From positions 1-27,374 of IMG/VR virus record IMGVR_UViG_3300017913_001636: a stretch of 27,374 bases of DNA; one strand, written 5' to 3'. Shown here one piece after another: positions 1 through 8,900 of the stretch. The translations under genes were made by a program, and so were the position numbers. Numbering within the stretch: the first letter of the stretch is position 1; each line of letters opens with the position of its first letter. Under the pieces are notes generated by a model that saw only the letters and a list, made by a program, of their open reading frames with translations, was not told the DNA's origin and did no database searches. The stretch is from a virus. Lineage: Duplodnaviria > Caudoviricetes.

Positions 1-1190
1 ATAACAAGTAATGCAGCTTCGCCTATACCGTTGTTTTCTACACTCCAATAAATGTTGTTTGTGGTTTTCATTTCTTCTGCAAGATATCTACATATATCTC
101 CTAACACACGTATTTGTCCAGGTATTGCTGTAAGATTGTGTTGCCATTCTGCAACTTGTTCATATGTAGGCAATTCCATCACTTGTATAGCAGCGTAATC
201 TCCGCCTGTGCCCATACTAGGATCTAAACCTATTACGTATGATCTATCTGGGTTTGGCTTTTTATACCAACGCACTTGGCCCATATTCATCATTGGATTA
301 AGACCTTCTAGTGCAGCTAGTTTAATAGAATGTATTAGTGTTTCGTCATAGACCAAAAATTCGCATTCGTATTCACGTTTAAACATTTCTTCACCAATGC
401 GTCCAATTTCATTTTTCATCCATTCATCATCTCTGTCAGGATGTTCGCTCCAATGTGCTTTGAATGCATGAAACCCATTCATTCCAACTTCTTGTTCATT
501 GCCGTGTTCATCAAACTTTTGTTCAGCTTGTTTCCAAATTGTAGCAAATGTATCTTCGTCACTGTTAGGTGTGCTAGTAATAATAGCACGACCACCTGTT
601 GCTAGTGTGGGCGAAATTGAAGTCCAAAATTCTTCTGCTATGTTTGGTTGCACAAATGCAAACTCGTCGCAATATAACAATGAAATTGACAAACCACGTC
701 CGGTAGTTCCTGTTGTTGTTTGACTGATAATACGTGACCCATTTTCAAATTCAATACTGCCTTTGTTATACGAAGTTACACCTGCTCGTATGTAATCAGG
801 ACATAGTTCGTAAACGTATCTAATGCGCTGCATAATCTCTTGCGCACCGGTGTATTTGTGTGCAGCAATAAGAATAGTTTGATCAGGATTGAACATAGCA
901 TACCAAGCAAGATAGATACTAGCACATGTAGTTTTGCCTGTTTGTCGTGGCATCATGTTAATGTTAAATCTATAATTATGATAGCTACTCATCAATCCTA
1001 ATTGATATTCAAACGGATCAAATAAAAGTTTTCCTTTTACAGGGTGTTGTATGTGGGCAAAATGTTTTGCAAAATGCAAATATCCATCATTAGGATCCAT
1101 ACAAGCAAGTATGTCTGCTACCTGCTCATTTGTGTAAGTTTCTTTTTGATTTGCTTTTTTGACTAATACGCCGTCTAAACTTTTACTCAT
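1..1190 (-). CDS. terL: Terminase large subunit (T4 gp17-like), 3' end beyond the left edge
   Basis: Not in the ORF track. Manual translation from ATG 1190 (MSKSLDGVLVKKANQKETY...) stays open to position 1. It contains Walker A MPRQTGKTT, Walker B LLYCDEF, coupling motif ITSTP and the nuclease-domain start VIGLDPSMGTGGDYAA. Confidence 0.96.
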   Translation of the reverse strand, partial: MSKSLDGVLVKKANQKETYTNEQVADILACMDPNDGYLHFAKHFAHIQHPVKGKLLFDPFEYQLGLMSSYHNYRFNINMMPRQTGKTTCASIYLAWYAMFNPDQTILIAAHKYTGAQEIMQRIRYVYELCPDYIRAGVTSYNKGSIEFENGSRIISQTTTGTTGRGLSISLLYCDEFAFVQPNIAEEFWTSISPTLATGGRAIITSTPNSDEDTFATIWKQAEQKFDEHGNEQEVGMNGFHAFKAHWSEHPDRDDEWMKNEIGRIGEEMFKREYECEFLVYDETLIHSIKLAALEGLNPMMNMGQVRWYKKPNPDRSYVIGLDPSMGTGGDYAAIQVMELPTYEQVAEWQHNLTAIPGQIRVLGDICRYLAEEMKTTNNIYWSVENNGIGEAALLV

Positions 1191-1195
1191 GCAAA

Positions 1196-1201
1196 TATTT
1201 A
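1196..1201 (-). promoter_or_regulatory. Putative late promoter TAAATA, 5 nt upstream of the terL ATG
   Basis: Minus strand reads ACTAAATA-TTTGC-ATG. It resembles the T4 gp55-dependent late box TATAAATA, and no Shine-Dalgarno is visible. Confidence 0.65.
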
Positions 1202-1204
1202 GTC

Positions 1205-1229
1205 AAAAAAATAGCGCCCTAAGGCGCTA
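1205..1229 (-). terminator. Rho-independent terminator
   Basis: Minus strand TAGCGCC-TTAG-GGCGCTA followed by T7, 15 nt after the stop of 1245..1961. Confidence 0.85.
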
Positions 1230-1244
1230 CTGAGTTGGGGGGTA

Positions 1245-1961
1245 TTATTTTTTAATTCCTGCCATTTTCAAAAGATCGTTTTGAACTTTCTTTTTCTTTT
1301 TCATTGCTGGACTTGTAATCTCTGCATCTTTGTCCATTTTGTCACCAACACGCTTGTCTGCTCTTGCCTGCTTGTATCTTGCTTTCTTTTCGTCTCTAGT
1401 TTCTTCGTTATGTTTCTTTTCTTTGTCTTTCACTGCTTTTTTCATTGGCTCTTTTTTATCGCCATCACCGTCAATATCAATGTAATCAGGTTTTGCTTTC
1501 TTTTCTGACAATGCTTTCATCAAGCGTTGCTTTAATTCTGATTCAAGATTCATTGGATTGTCGCCGCCATTTGTTGGTGCATATGTGTTTTTAGATTTAT
1601 GTATATCATCACCGTTGCGAATCATATCATCCATTGCGCCATATTCTTCATCTGGAGCAGTTGACGCATCTTGGAATTCGCCATCCATTTCTTCTTCTTC
1701 AGGTGCCATCATACGAATCATGTCGCCCATTTCTGGACCGTCTGGACCTTTAGGCTCTGCGCCGCAGCCGCCCATTGGTTGACTAGGACCGTGAACTTTA
1801 CCACAAATTGGGCAAGGCTTTGGTCCTGGATTGATATCGTCTGCATCAACAGTTTTTGCACCCGGTGCACCCGCCAATTGCATCATACGCAGTATGTCGG
1901 CTACTTCGCTTGCATCTGCACCATTTATGTTGATACTTGCTTCGTCTAGTTTTTTTGTCAT
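1245..1961 (-). CDS. Hypothetical low-complexity protein, possibly a prohead core/internal protein
   Basis: 238 aa with GGAGGA SD. Acidic middle, Lys-rich tail, CPICGKVH motif, DYIDIDGDGDKKEPMKKA motif and several L-x-E sites. Confidence 0.75.
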   Translation of the reverse strand: MTKKLDEASININGADASEVADILRMMQLAGAPGAKTVDADDINPGPKPCPICGKVHGPSQPMGGCGAEPKGPDGPEMGDMIRMMAPEEEEMDGEFQDASTAPDEEYGAMDDMIRNGDDIHKSKNTYAPTNGGDNPMNLESELKQRLMKALSEKKAKPDYIDIDGDGDKKEPMKKAVKDKEKKHNEETRDEKKARYKQARADKRVGDKMDKDAEITSPAMKKKKKVQNDLLKMAGIKK

Positions 1962-1962
1962 G

Positions 1963-2520
1963 TTATCCTCCTACCACGCTTTTGGTGTTTTCGCTCATGT
2001 CTATGTCTTTACTATCACCTGCAGGAGCTTCTCCAACATAATCGTTTTCACGGTCTTTACGAGCAGTTTCTAATTCTTTTAGTAAATCCATAACACGGTT
2101 TTCGCCAGCTTCTTGCTGTGCGCTTTCACCGCCTAGATCTTCTTGAGTAAGTTTTGCAACATACTCTTCTGTCTGTTTTTCTTCTTGATACAATTCTTGT
2201 GGTTCGTTTGGATTGCGCACAATTAGGTGACTTTGACTTAAGCCGCAACACTGTCCAATATACTCTTGTAGCACTTGCACTGTAGTTGGGTATGTGCACT
2301 CAATGTTATAATATGTAACTTCTACATTTTCCAATTGAGGAAAGTCTAAAGGACGCTTTTGAATAGGTGTTTTCTTACCGCTTGTGATGTTAAAACAACC
2401 AAACTTTTGTAATGCTGTGTCCATACGATCTTCAAATGCTTCAGGTAATTCACCAGCAACACCTACTTTAAATTCATATGTTTTTTTAGACTCTGTGAGA
2501 TAATCCGCAAACTTCTTCAT
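1963..2520 (-). CDS. Hypothetical virion protein with capsid-targeting-like N-terminus
   Basis: 185 aa with AGGA SD and upstream TAAATA. It starts MKKFADYLTE, similar to the T4 internal-protein targeting sequence MKTYQEFIAE. Confidence 0.8.
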   Translation of the reverse strand: MKKFADYLTESKKTYEFKVGVAGELPEAFEDRMDTALQKFGCFNITSGKKTPIQKRPLDFPQLENVEVTYYNIECTYPTTVQVLQEYIGQCCGLSQSHLIVRNPNEPQELYQEEKQTEEYVAKLTQEDLGGESAQQEAGENRVMDLLKELETARKDRENDYVGEAPAGDSKDIDMSENTKSVVGG

Positions 2521-2542
2521 TATTGTATCCTAAACTATAATA

Positions 2543-3022
2543 CTATTTATCATTTCCCATGTTTTTTAATTTTTCAATTAAACTGTTTCTATCGGTAACA
2601 ACATAACCTTCGCCTGATACAATATCGCCGTCGCTGTTACCACGTTCTTTATCTAGTTTTTCTTTTTTAAGTTGCAACTCGATCATTTTAAGTTTCTTAT
2701 CCATCTTGGCAACCTTTGCATCTAATCCAGTTTTTAACATGGTGCCTGCAACTTCAAAAACTCTGCCACTGTAACGACTTTCGACATTCATACCTAAGTC
2801 CATTAAGTCATCATAGCTTTGTAAAGCACGTTGAGCAATGTCTTCTAGTTCATTGTCTGATTTTTCACCTAAACCTTTTACAGCTGGTAAAGCACTAGCA
2901 ATTTTGTCAAATTCTTCAATGTCTCGAAATGTATCCTCTTGTTCTGCAATAACAGGTTTGGGATCATTTACAATATCCTCATTTTCAGGTAAGTTTAACA
3001 ATTCTTCAAGTTTTTTGGTCAT
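2543..3022 (-). CDS. Probable terminase small subunit (gp16-like)
   Basis: 159 aa, helical/coiled-coil. GRVFEVAGTMLK and C-terminal YVVTDRNSLIEKLK resemble conserved gp16 segments of marine T4-like phages as I recall them. It lies two genes upstream of terL. Confidence 0.6.
   Translation of the reverse strand: MTKKLEELLNLPENEDIVNDPKPVIAEQEDTFRDIEEFDKIASALPAVKGLGEKSDNELEDIAQRALQSYDDLMDLGMNVESRYSGRVFEVAGTMLKTGLDAKVAKMDKKLKMIELQLKKEKLDKERGNSDGDIVSGEGYVVTDRNSLIEKLKNMGNDK
2544..2551 (-). promoter_or_regulatory. Putative late promoter GATAAATA
   Basis: Formed by the last codons GAT AAA TAG of 2543..3022, 23 nt upstream of ATG 2520. Confidence 0.6.
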
Positions 3023-3048
3023 GATAGTAATCCATTATATACTACTAT

Positions 3049-3056
3049 TATTTATC
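3049..3056 (-). promoter_or_regulatory. Putative late promoter GATAAATA
   Basis: Overlaps the gp4 stop codon, upstream of ATG 3022. Confidence 0.6.
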
Positions 3057-3489
3057 TACGCTTGCCTTGGTGGAAAATATCTCCTTCAGTAACAATGCGA
3101 AATGTAATGCCTTTTTGTTTACAATAAGCTCTAGCTGCGCCCCATTTTGCTTGATTCAAAGCATAGTGTGCTTGATTACTTTTGCTACGTCCAAGACTTT
3201 CTTTAAATGCTTGATTTGCAGGTTTTACTTCAATGAGTTCAACATGATCTCTACCAGTTTTATCTGTATAAACTATAAAAAAGTCTGGAACATATATTGT
3301 ATATTTTCCTGTAAATGGATTTCTATAAGGAATTTTGACTGCTTCGCTTGCCCATTTTGTTACAGCTTCATTTGTATCACACATGCGCATGAATGCAAAT
3401 TCCCAACTGCTTCTATAAGTAGGCGTTCTACCGCCAATATATTTTTCAGGGTTTTTGAGAGTAAACTTTCCTTGTGCAAAGCGACTCAT
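3052..3489 (-). CDS. gp4: Head completion nuclease (T4 gp4-like, TnsA-type PD-(D/E)xK fold)
   Basis: Motifs GKFTLKNPEKYIG, YRSSWE, WASEAVKIPY, YVPDF, LIEVKP and NQAKWGAARAYC are typical of gp4. Confidence 0.9.
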   Translation of the reverse strand: MSRFAQGKFTLKNPEKYIGGRTPTYRSSWEFAFMRMCDTNEAVTKWASEAVKIPYRNPFTGKYTIYVPDFFIVYTDKTGRDHVELIEVKPANQAFKESLGRSKSNQAHYALNQAKWGAARAYCKQKGITFRIVTEGDIFHQGKRR

Positions 3490-3860
3490 AACAATACATT
3501 TCTACTTTCAACAGTTTCAATATCATCGGAATTTACAAAGCCTAATGCACTGACATTGCTTCTGTTGTTATTAAGAATTGCAGCTATCAACTTTGTTAGT
3601 TTCACTTCATCTAAACCTTTGAGTGTATCAAGTAGACTAAAAATATCTTTGTTTTCGGCTTTTGCTTGTTGCAGTAAAACAGTTGCAACAGCTATTGCTG
3701 CATTTTGATCAAATCCACGTTTTGTAAAAAATCCTACAACACTATCAACTTGATTGCTAGTGATGTTTATAGGTTTAGTAAAATATCTATCAAAGAATTG
3801 TTTTACTTCATCTGCACTATCTGTTGAAGGATTTATACTATCATCTGTAACTGAGCTCAT
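3486..3860 (-). CDS. Hypothetical protein
   Basis: 124 aa with ATGA overlaps to both neighbours, indicating translational coupling. Confidence 0.8.
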   Translation of the reverse strand: MSSVTDDSINPSTDSADEVKQFFDRYFTKPINITSNQVDSVVGFFTKRGFDQNAAIAVATVLLQQAKAENKDIFSLLDTLKGLDEVKLTKLIAAILNNNRSNVSALGFVNSDDIETVESRNVLL

Positions 3861-5146
3861 TGTATTATACCTGCTGCCTGTAAATCATTTCTGTATTGGT
3901 TAGCGTTTTGATTATCGCCTACCAAATTGGTTATATTGTTTAATGTAATTTGTTGAACTTGTGCCTGGCTTGTAGGACTTAAATTATCATACACTGCTTG
4001 CGTTTCAGGTATGCTTAAATTTGGAAATGTATTTGTAGCAAACGTTGAACGTGAATAATCATTGAGTTTTGCAGGATTGTTACGCAAATTTCTTACAAAC
4101 TCTTGATTGTCTTGTATACCTACAAACGGCTGTGGTTGCGCAAAAACTTGTGATTCCACAGCAGGCTTTGGTTCAGGAATAATAAAGTCAGTGATAATAT
4201 CTGCAATATTATCAACAATAATATCTTTGAATCCTGTTTGTAAGTTTTGCTCTTGTCTTGTATTTTCAAATGTTTGATTAGGTGATTGTCTATTCAAGTT
4301 AATATCAAACAGTTCAAATATAGTTTCCAAATAACTTTGTTCTTGACTATAGTCGCCCCTTTGCAACGGACTTGGTGTAACATCATAATGTTGAGGATCA
4401 GCAAAGCCTGCTGGATTGTCTCCTGATGTATCACCTCTATTGTAGTATACTGTTTCGTATGCAAAACGCATTGTAGTTTTGACTGTTCCGGTTCCTGCTT
4501 GATCCATACTACCATGTCGTAATTCTTGAATAATAGGATTAATTAACGAAACTGAAGTAAATGTTGGACGGGTATCATTACTGCAAAGTTGATTGATAGT
4601 GATTTTACTAAAAAACGGACCGTCTAATAAACGTGGTCTATCCATACCATAACGTCTAAGATTCAGTATTTCATTATTATACAAACTATCGGTTGTGAAA
4701 GGTTTGAGAAAGAAACTTGCATCACTTGCATAATTTCCGTCTTGAAAATAATAACGATAATACGCTTCCCAAAGCAATGTGGTTATGCCTGCTTGATCAT
4801 CGTGAAATACCAATGCAACAGGATCATAATTTAATTTTGTATGAACTACTTTTTTCCTATTGTATTGATTTTTAACATCAGTATCGATATTGTAGCTAGG
4901 CATGTCTGCTGTGCTAACCAGCAAATTATATTCTCTACGATTTAAAATGTTTGTAACACTGCTACCTAATTGAAACAATGCTTGCGGATTTACTTCTAAA
5001 ACCACATGATACAAAAATTCTTGCTTTGGTGCAAGTCTGTAATTGTTTCTACGATACAATGCACTTGCATGAGCAAAGTCTCCTAAATCGCCTTTAGGAT
5101 TACCAGATTGTGAAAAGTTATCGTAATATGAATAAGGTAGTGCCAT
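3857..5146 (-). CDS. Tail-tube-like baseplate/tube junction protein (gp48/gp54-like)
   Basis: 429 aa immediately after the tube gene. The N-terminal half has a tube-fold-like pattern (VSTADMPSY...YDPVALVFHDD...MRFAYE) paralleling gp19. The C-terminal extension is Gln/Asn-rich. Confidence 0.6.
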   Translation of the reverse strand: MALPYSYYDNFSQSGNPKGDLGDFAHASALYRRNNYRLAPKQEFLYHVVLEVNPQALFQLGSSVTNILNRREYNLLVSTADMPSYNIDTDVKNQYNRKKVVHTKLNYDPVALVFHDDQAGITTLLWEAYYRYYFQDGNYASDASFFLKPFTTDSLYNNEILNLRRYGMDRPRLLDGPFFSKITINQLCSNDTRPTFTSVSLINPIIQELRHGSMDQAGTGTVKTTMRFAYETVYYNRGDTSGDNPAGFADPQHYDVTPSPLQRGDYSQEQSYLETIFELFDINLNRQSPNQTFENTRQEQNLQTGFKDIIVDNIADIITDFIIPEPKPAVESQVFAQPQPFVGIQDNQEFVRNLRNNPAKLNDYSRSTFATNTFPNLSIPETQAVYDNLSPTSQAQVQQITLNNITNLVGDNQNANQYRNDLQAAGIIQ

Positions 5147-5150
5147 ACTG

Positions 5151-5158
5151 TATTTATC
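5151..5158 (-). promoter_or_regulatory. Putative late promoter GATAAATA, 4 nt upstream of ATG 5146
   Basis: Minus strand GATAAATA-CAGT-ATG, directly after a terminator. Confidence 0.65.
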
Positions 5159-5160
5159 TC

Positions 5161-5192
5161 AAAAAAATAAGGAGTCAAAAGACTCCTTATTT
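5161..5192 (-). terminator. Rho-independent terminator after the tail tube gene
   Basis: Perfect inverted repeat AAATAAGGAGTC-N4-GACTCCTTATTT running into T7 on the minus strand. Confidence 0.88.
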
Positions 5193-5215
5193 GTGCAATC
5201 TCTATGATGTTATTA

Positions 5216-5866
5216 TTATATTGATGCGCCGTTTGTAACCATGCCGCCTGCACCTCTACGTAATTCAGTAGATGCTGCGCCTACGCCATTTTGCTGTCCG
5301 TCATTGTTGAACTGAACTGCATTATCATATTGCATGTTTAGTGTAACTGTTACAGGATCAGTTGAGTTTGCATACGCAAGTGAACCGTAATCTACTTGTG
5401 TTAAGTAGCAACCATACATTTCCCATGTTTCTAAAACAACTGGAGTGTTGGTTCCGTTACCACCGTCTAGTATTTCTAAACGCTGTGTAAATTTGTAATC
5501 TTGCCCTGCTGCTGCGCCCGCTTGTTCAAAGAAATCAAATTGTTTTTGTAATTGCTCACCAACTAGTCTACTAACATTGCCATTAACATCATCACGTAGT
5601 GTTAGTGTTGTAGGCTGCCATGCATGTTTACCAGCCATATAAATTCTTGAATTATAAACTGGTAGTTCAATTTGATCAAACTGCACATTTGGACGAGTTG
5701 CATCAATTACTTGTTTTGTTAACTCTTGAGTATCACCTGAAACACCGAAGTTTTCCAGTGTTACACGGAAGCGATACTGTAGTTTTGGCATTAGCAAACC
5801 TTGTGAACTTGCACTAGTGTCGTTTGCTAATGGAACTGTTAAATTTAATAGAGTTGAGATTGCCAT
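5216..5866 (-). CDS. gp19: Tail tube protein (gp19-like)
   Basis: 216 aa directly downstream of the sheath with strong SD AAGGAG. Motifs PKLQYRFRV, YMAGKHAWQPTTLTLRDD, WEMYGCY and VTLNMQYDNA. Confidence 0.88.
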   Translation of the reverse strand: MAISTLLNLTVPLANDTSASSQGLLMPKLQYRFRVTLENFGVSGDTQELTKQVIDATRPNVQFDQIELPVYNSRIYMAGKHAWQPTTLTLRDDVNGNVSRLVGEQLQKQFDFFEQAGAAAGQDYKFTQRLEILDGGNGTNTPVVLETWEMYGCYLTQVDYGSLAYANSTDPVTVTLNMQYDNAVQFNNDGQQNGVGAASTELRRGAGGMVTNGASI

Positions 5867-5891
5867 CTATTGTTTCTCCTTAATACACAAG

Positions 5892-5899
5892 TATTTATC
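5892..5899 (-). promoter_or_regulatory. Putative late promoter GATAAATA for the tube gene
   Basis: Minus strand GATAAATA-CTTGTGTATT-AAGGAG-AAACAATAG-ATG. Confidence 0.65.
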
Positions 5900-5900
5900 T

Positions 5901-5930
5901 AATTAGGGCCGACTTTTGCCGACCCCAATT
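5901..5930 (-). other. RNA stem-loop between the sheath and tube genes
   Basis: Minus-strand AATTGGGGTCGGC-AAAA-GTCGGCCCTAATT forms a 13-bp stem with three G-U pairs and has no U tract. Confidence 0.7.
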
Positions 5931-5931
5931 T

Positions 5932-8900
5932 TTATAGACCTGCTATCTCACCTGTGTTTTTAATACGTAGCGGAATGTAAATAAATTCTACTGCTTTCAC
6001 TGGTTCAATAGCAATATCTACATACAGCTCGTTTCTGTCAATTCTAGATGGTGTGTTGTTTGTTTCGTCACACACTACTAAGAAGTCAAACAGTGCTCTC
6101 AAACCAACAAGCTCTACAAGTAATGCTTCAACCTGTTGTTTGATTTCATCACGTGTAATTTTGTCATTTGGTTCGAATAGATATGGTTTTGCAAGCTGGT
6201 TAAGTTGGCTACGTAAGTATACAACTAGTCTTGCAACATTTACTCTATCCAGTGCACTTGCACTTCTAGCACGTGATTTCTGTCCAAAGATAACCAAACC
6301 TGCACCTGTTAAGAATGTGATTGGGTTTACATTGTTTTGATACAATGTATCTCTTTGACCTTCGTTTAGTGCTGCACTTACAAATTCACCTTCACTGTTG
6401 ATATAACCAGTTGAAGTAGCATTTGATACGCCACCTCTTCTTGTGCCTGCTGGCGCAAACCATGGATACGCAACTTGGTCATTCAGTGCAAATGTTCTTA
6501 GCACCATGTGACTTGGAGGAACAACAATGTTGTTGCCTGCATTATCACTTGTGAAACCACTTGGATAGTATACACCTAGATATTCATCTCTGCTTACTAG
6601 TCCGTCGTCGTTATCTTCTACTGCACTGTTAACGTTTGCAGCCCAGTTACCCAAGCTAGTTGCATCTGGAGTCAAACGCATTGGCGAGTCACCAACAACA
6701 AATGCTGTCAAGCCTCTGTCATAGTTAAGTGTGATCATTTCACCAATTAGTTCAGGATAACCAGGAGTTGCAATCAAGTTGTAAATTCTTGATTCATCAT
6801 CTCTGATATCTTGATTTTCGTTGATTGTAGCTTGCAATTGTTGCACAACAACTTTGCGCACTGCATGACGTCCAAATGTTCCTGATCCATCTGCATTGTT
6901 GCCTGACTCTGTTACCCAACGATGTGGATAGTAGTTAGTCATTGCAGCATCTGCTTGACGCTTGTTTTTCGCTGTCAAATCAATACTGTTACGAACAAAT
7001 TTCTTAACGTTAAATCCGCTTCTGCGTGTGTTCCATAGCAACATGCCTTTTGGATACAATGCTGGATCTGGACAATCTGGATCGACAAAGTCACTTGTAA
7101 GCATTGTTTCAATTGTTCCTGCTTCATGTGCTGTGCTTGTTCCACCGTTTGTGCTCCAACGTGCATCTGCAAACAATACACCGTTTTCAGTAGTTTGATC
7201 AGTTGTATCTAATAGATCCCATTTTGACAATGTTCCATTGTATCTATAGATTGTTGGATAGTTTTCTAAATCAGCTGTGCTGATCCAAATATCACCAGTT
7301 ACAAGGTTTTCACCGTCTGATCTGTCGCCGTCTTCTGGTTCACTTGCACTTACAATTGGTCCTTCTGGATCTGGTGCTAGTGAACTGTCTGAATTGTAAT
7401 ATGGGCTTTCTGTTGAATCTACGCCTGATGTTCCGTCGTAGTTTAGTCCAACCCATGCACTACCATTGTGCACAAGGATGTCAACTTCGTCAACAATACT
7501 GCTATACCATAATGCACCATCAGCTGCTAGTGCTGTAACTGCTGTTGCTTTTGCTGTGTATGTTAATTCATCCCAGTTACTTGCAAGTAGCTGTTTTGGA
7601 TCTGTAGATGATGTTGTGCCAGGCACATATGAAAGACCAACTGTTCCAGTTTTTGCTGTATAGTTGTAAGGTGTAAATCCAATTAGTGTTAGTGCACCGT
7701 CTGTATCAACAAAGCGAATTTCGCCACCTTTTCTGTGTGTAATTACAACTCTGTTCAATGAATCAACGCTTGCTACAACATTTGTTAAACCTGCGCTGTT
7801 AATTGCACCTGCAAGTAAATCTGCATCATCTGCATCACCGCCTGCTGTGAAGCTGACGTTTACCGCAGTTTGTAAGTTTGCATTGTTTGCAAGTGTTTCT
7901 TGAATTGTAAATGCATATGTTGTTGTATCAGTTAATTGTGCTGCAACTTTTGAACTTGTGATGTTCAATGCACCGCCAGTTCTTCTAACCTGGATTGTGT
8001 AATCTGCAAGATTAGTTGACGCTTCATCTTGGTTAACTTGAACATAAAGTGCACCAGCACCTATGTTTGATCCACCACCGCTTGCATCTAAATCATATAT
8101 TGCTGCATGGTTTGTTGCATAGATTGGAGAATCAATTGTGTTCCATGTTCCTGCTGCATCGTCCCATCTTTTCACTTTCCATGAAGCACCTGAATTTGGT
8201 GATGTGGTTTTGACCCAAACTGAACCAGTTGGTCTTGATTCTGTATCACCTGTTTTATACTCTGGAACACTTGTATGCGCTGAACTTTGTAGTTTAGGTG
8301 CATAGTATGTTCCTGCTGTAATACCAGCAGTTGCAAGAGGTGTTCCTGAACCGTCAGTTAGTGTAATTGCATCAGCTGTGCTACCGTTGTTGTAGAATGT
8401 CAAACGATTGTTTTTGCTTGCAGCTCTAACACCTGTGCCACTTAGTGCAGTGTTAATATCACTTACAAAACTGGTCAATGTTGTGCCAGTTGCGCTAATT
8501 GTATAAGGTGTTCCGCCTGCGCCTGCAATAGCAATGACAAAAGTGTCACTTACAGTAAATGTTGGCGAACTTACTGTGCCTTGTGCTGAAGGCCAGCTGT
8601 CTTTCCAATCTGCACTACCTACTTGAACCCAATCACCGTCATCTGCTTTATACCAAGTGCGGATTACATTTGAAATGGCTGTGACTGCATAGTCACCTAC
8701 TGCACCTACACTTGCTTTTGGTGTATACGGAGATGATGTTGCTGTGTTAGTTGTGCTAGTCAACACTATTGGTGTTTTTGCTGTAAATGATTGTCCGTCA
8801 GTGTTTGATGTTGTCAACGCACTTCCGTCCCATTCAAATATACCAAACATTGAAGCACTTGTATCAAACCAGTATGTTCCGTCAGCAGGATCATCTGTAG

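Noticed and set aside
3052-3489. TnsA-like nuclease as a transposon or homing endonuclease
   Set aside because: The motifs and context match the core gp4 head-completion gene, and no mobile-element ends are visible.
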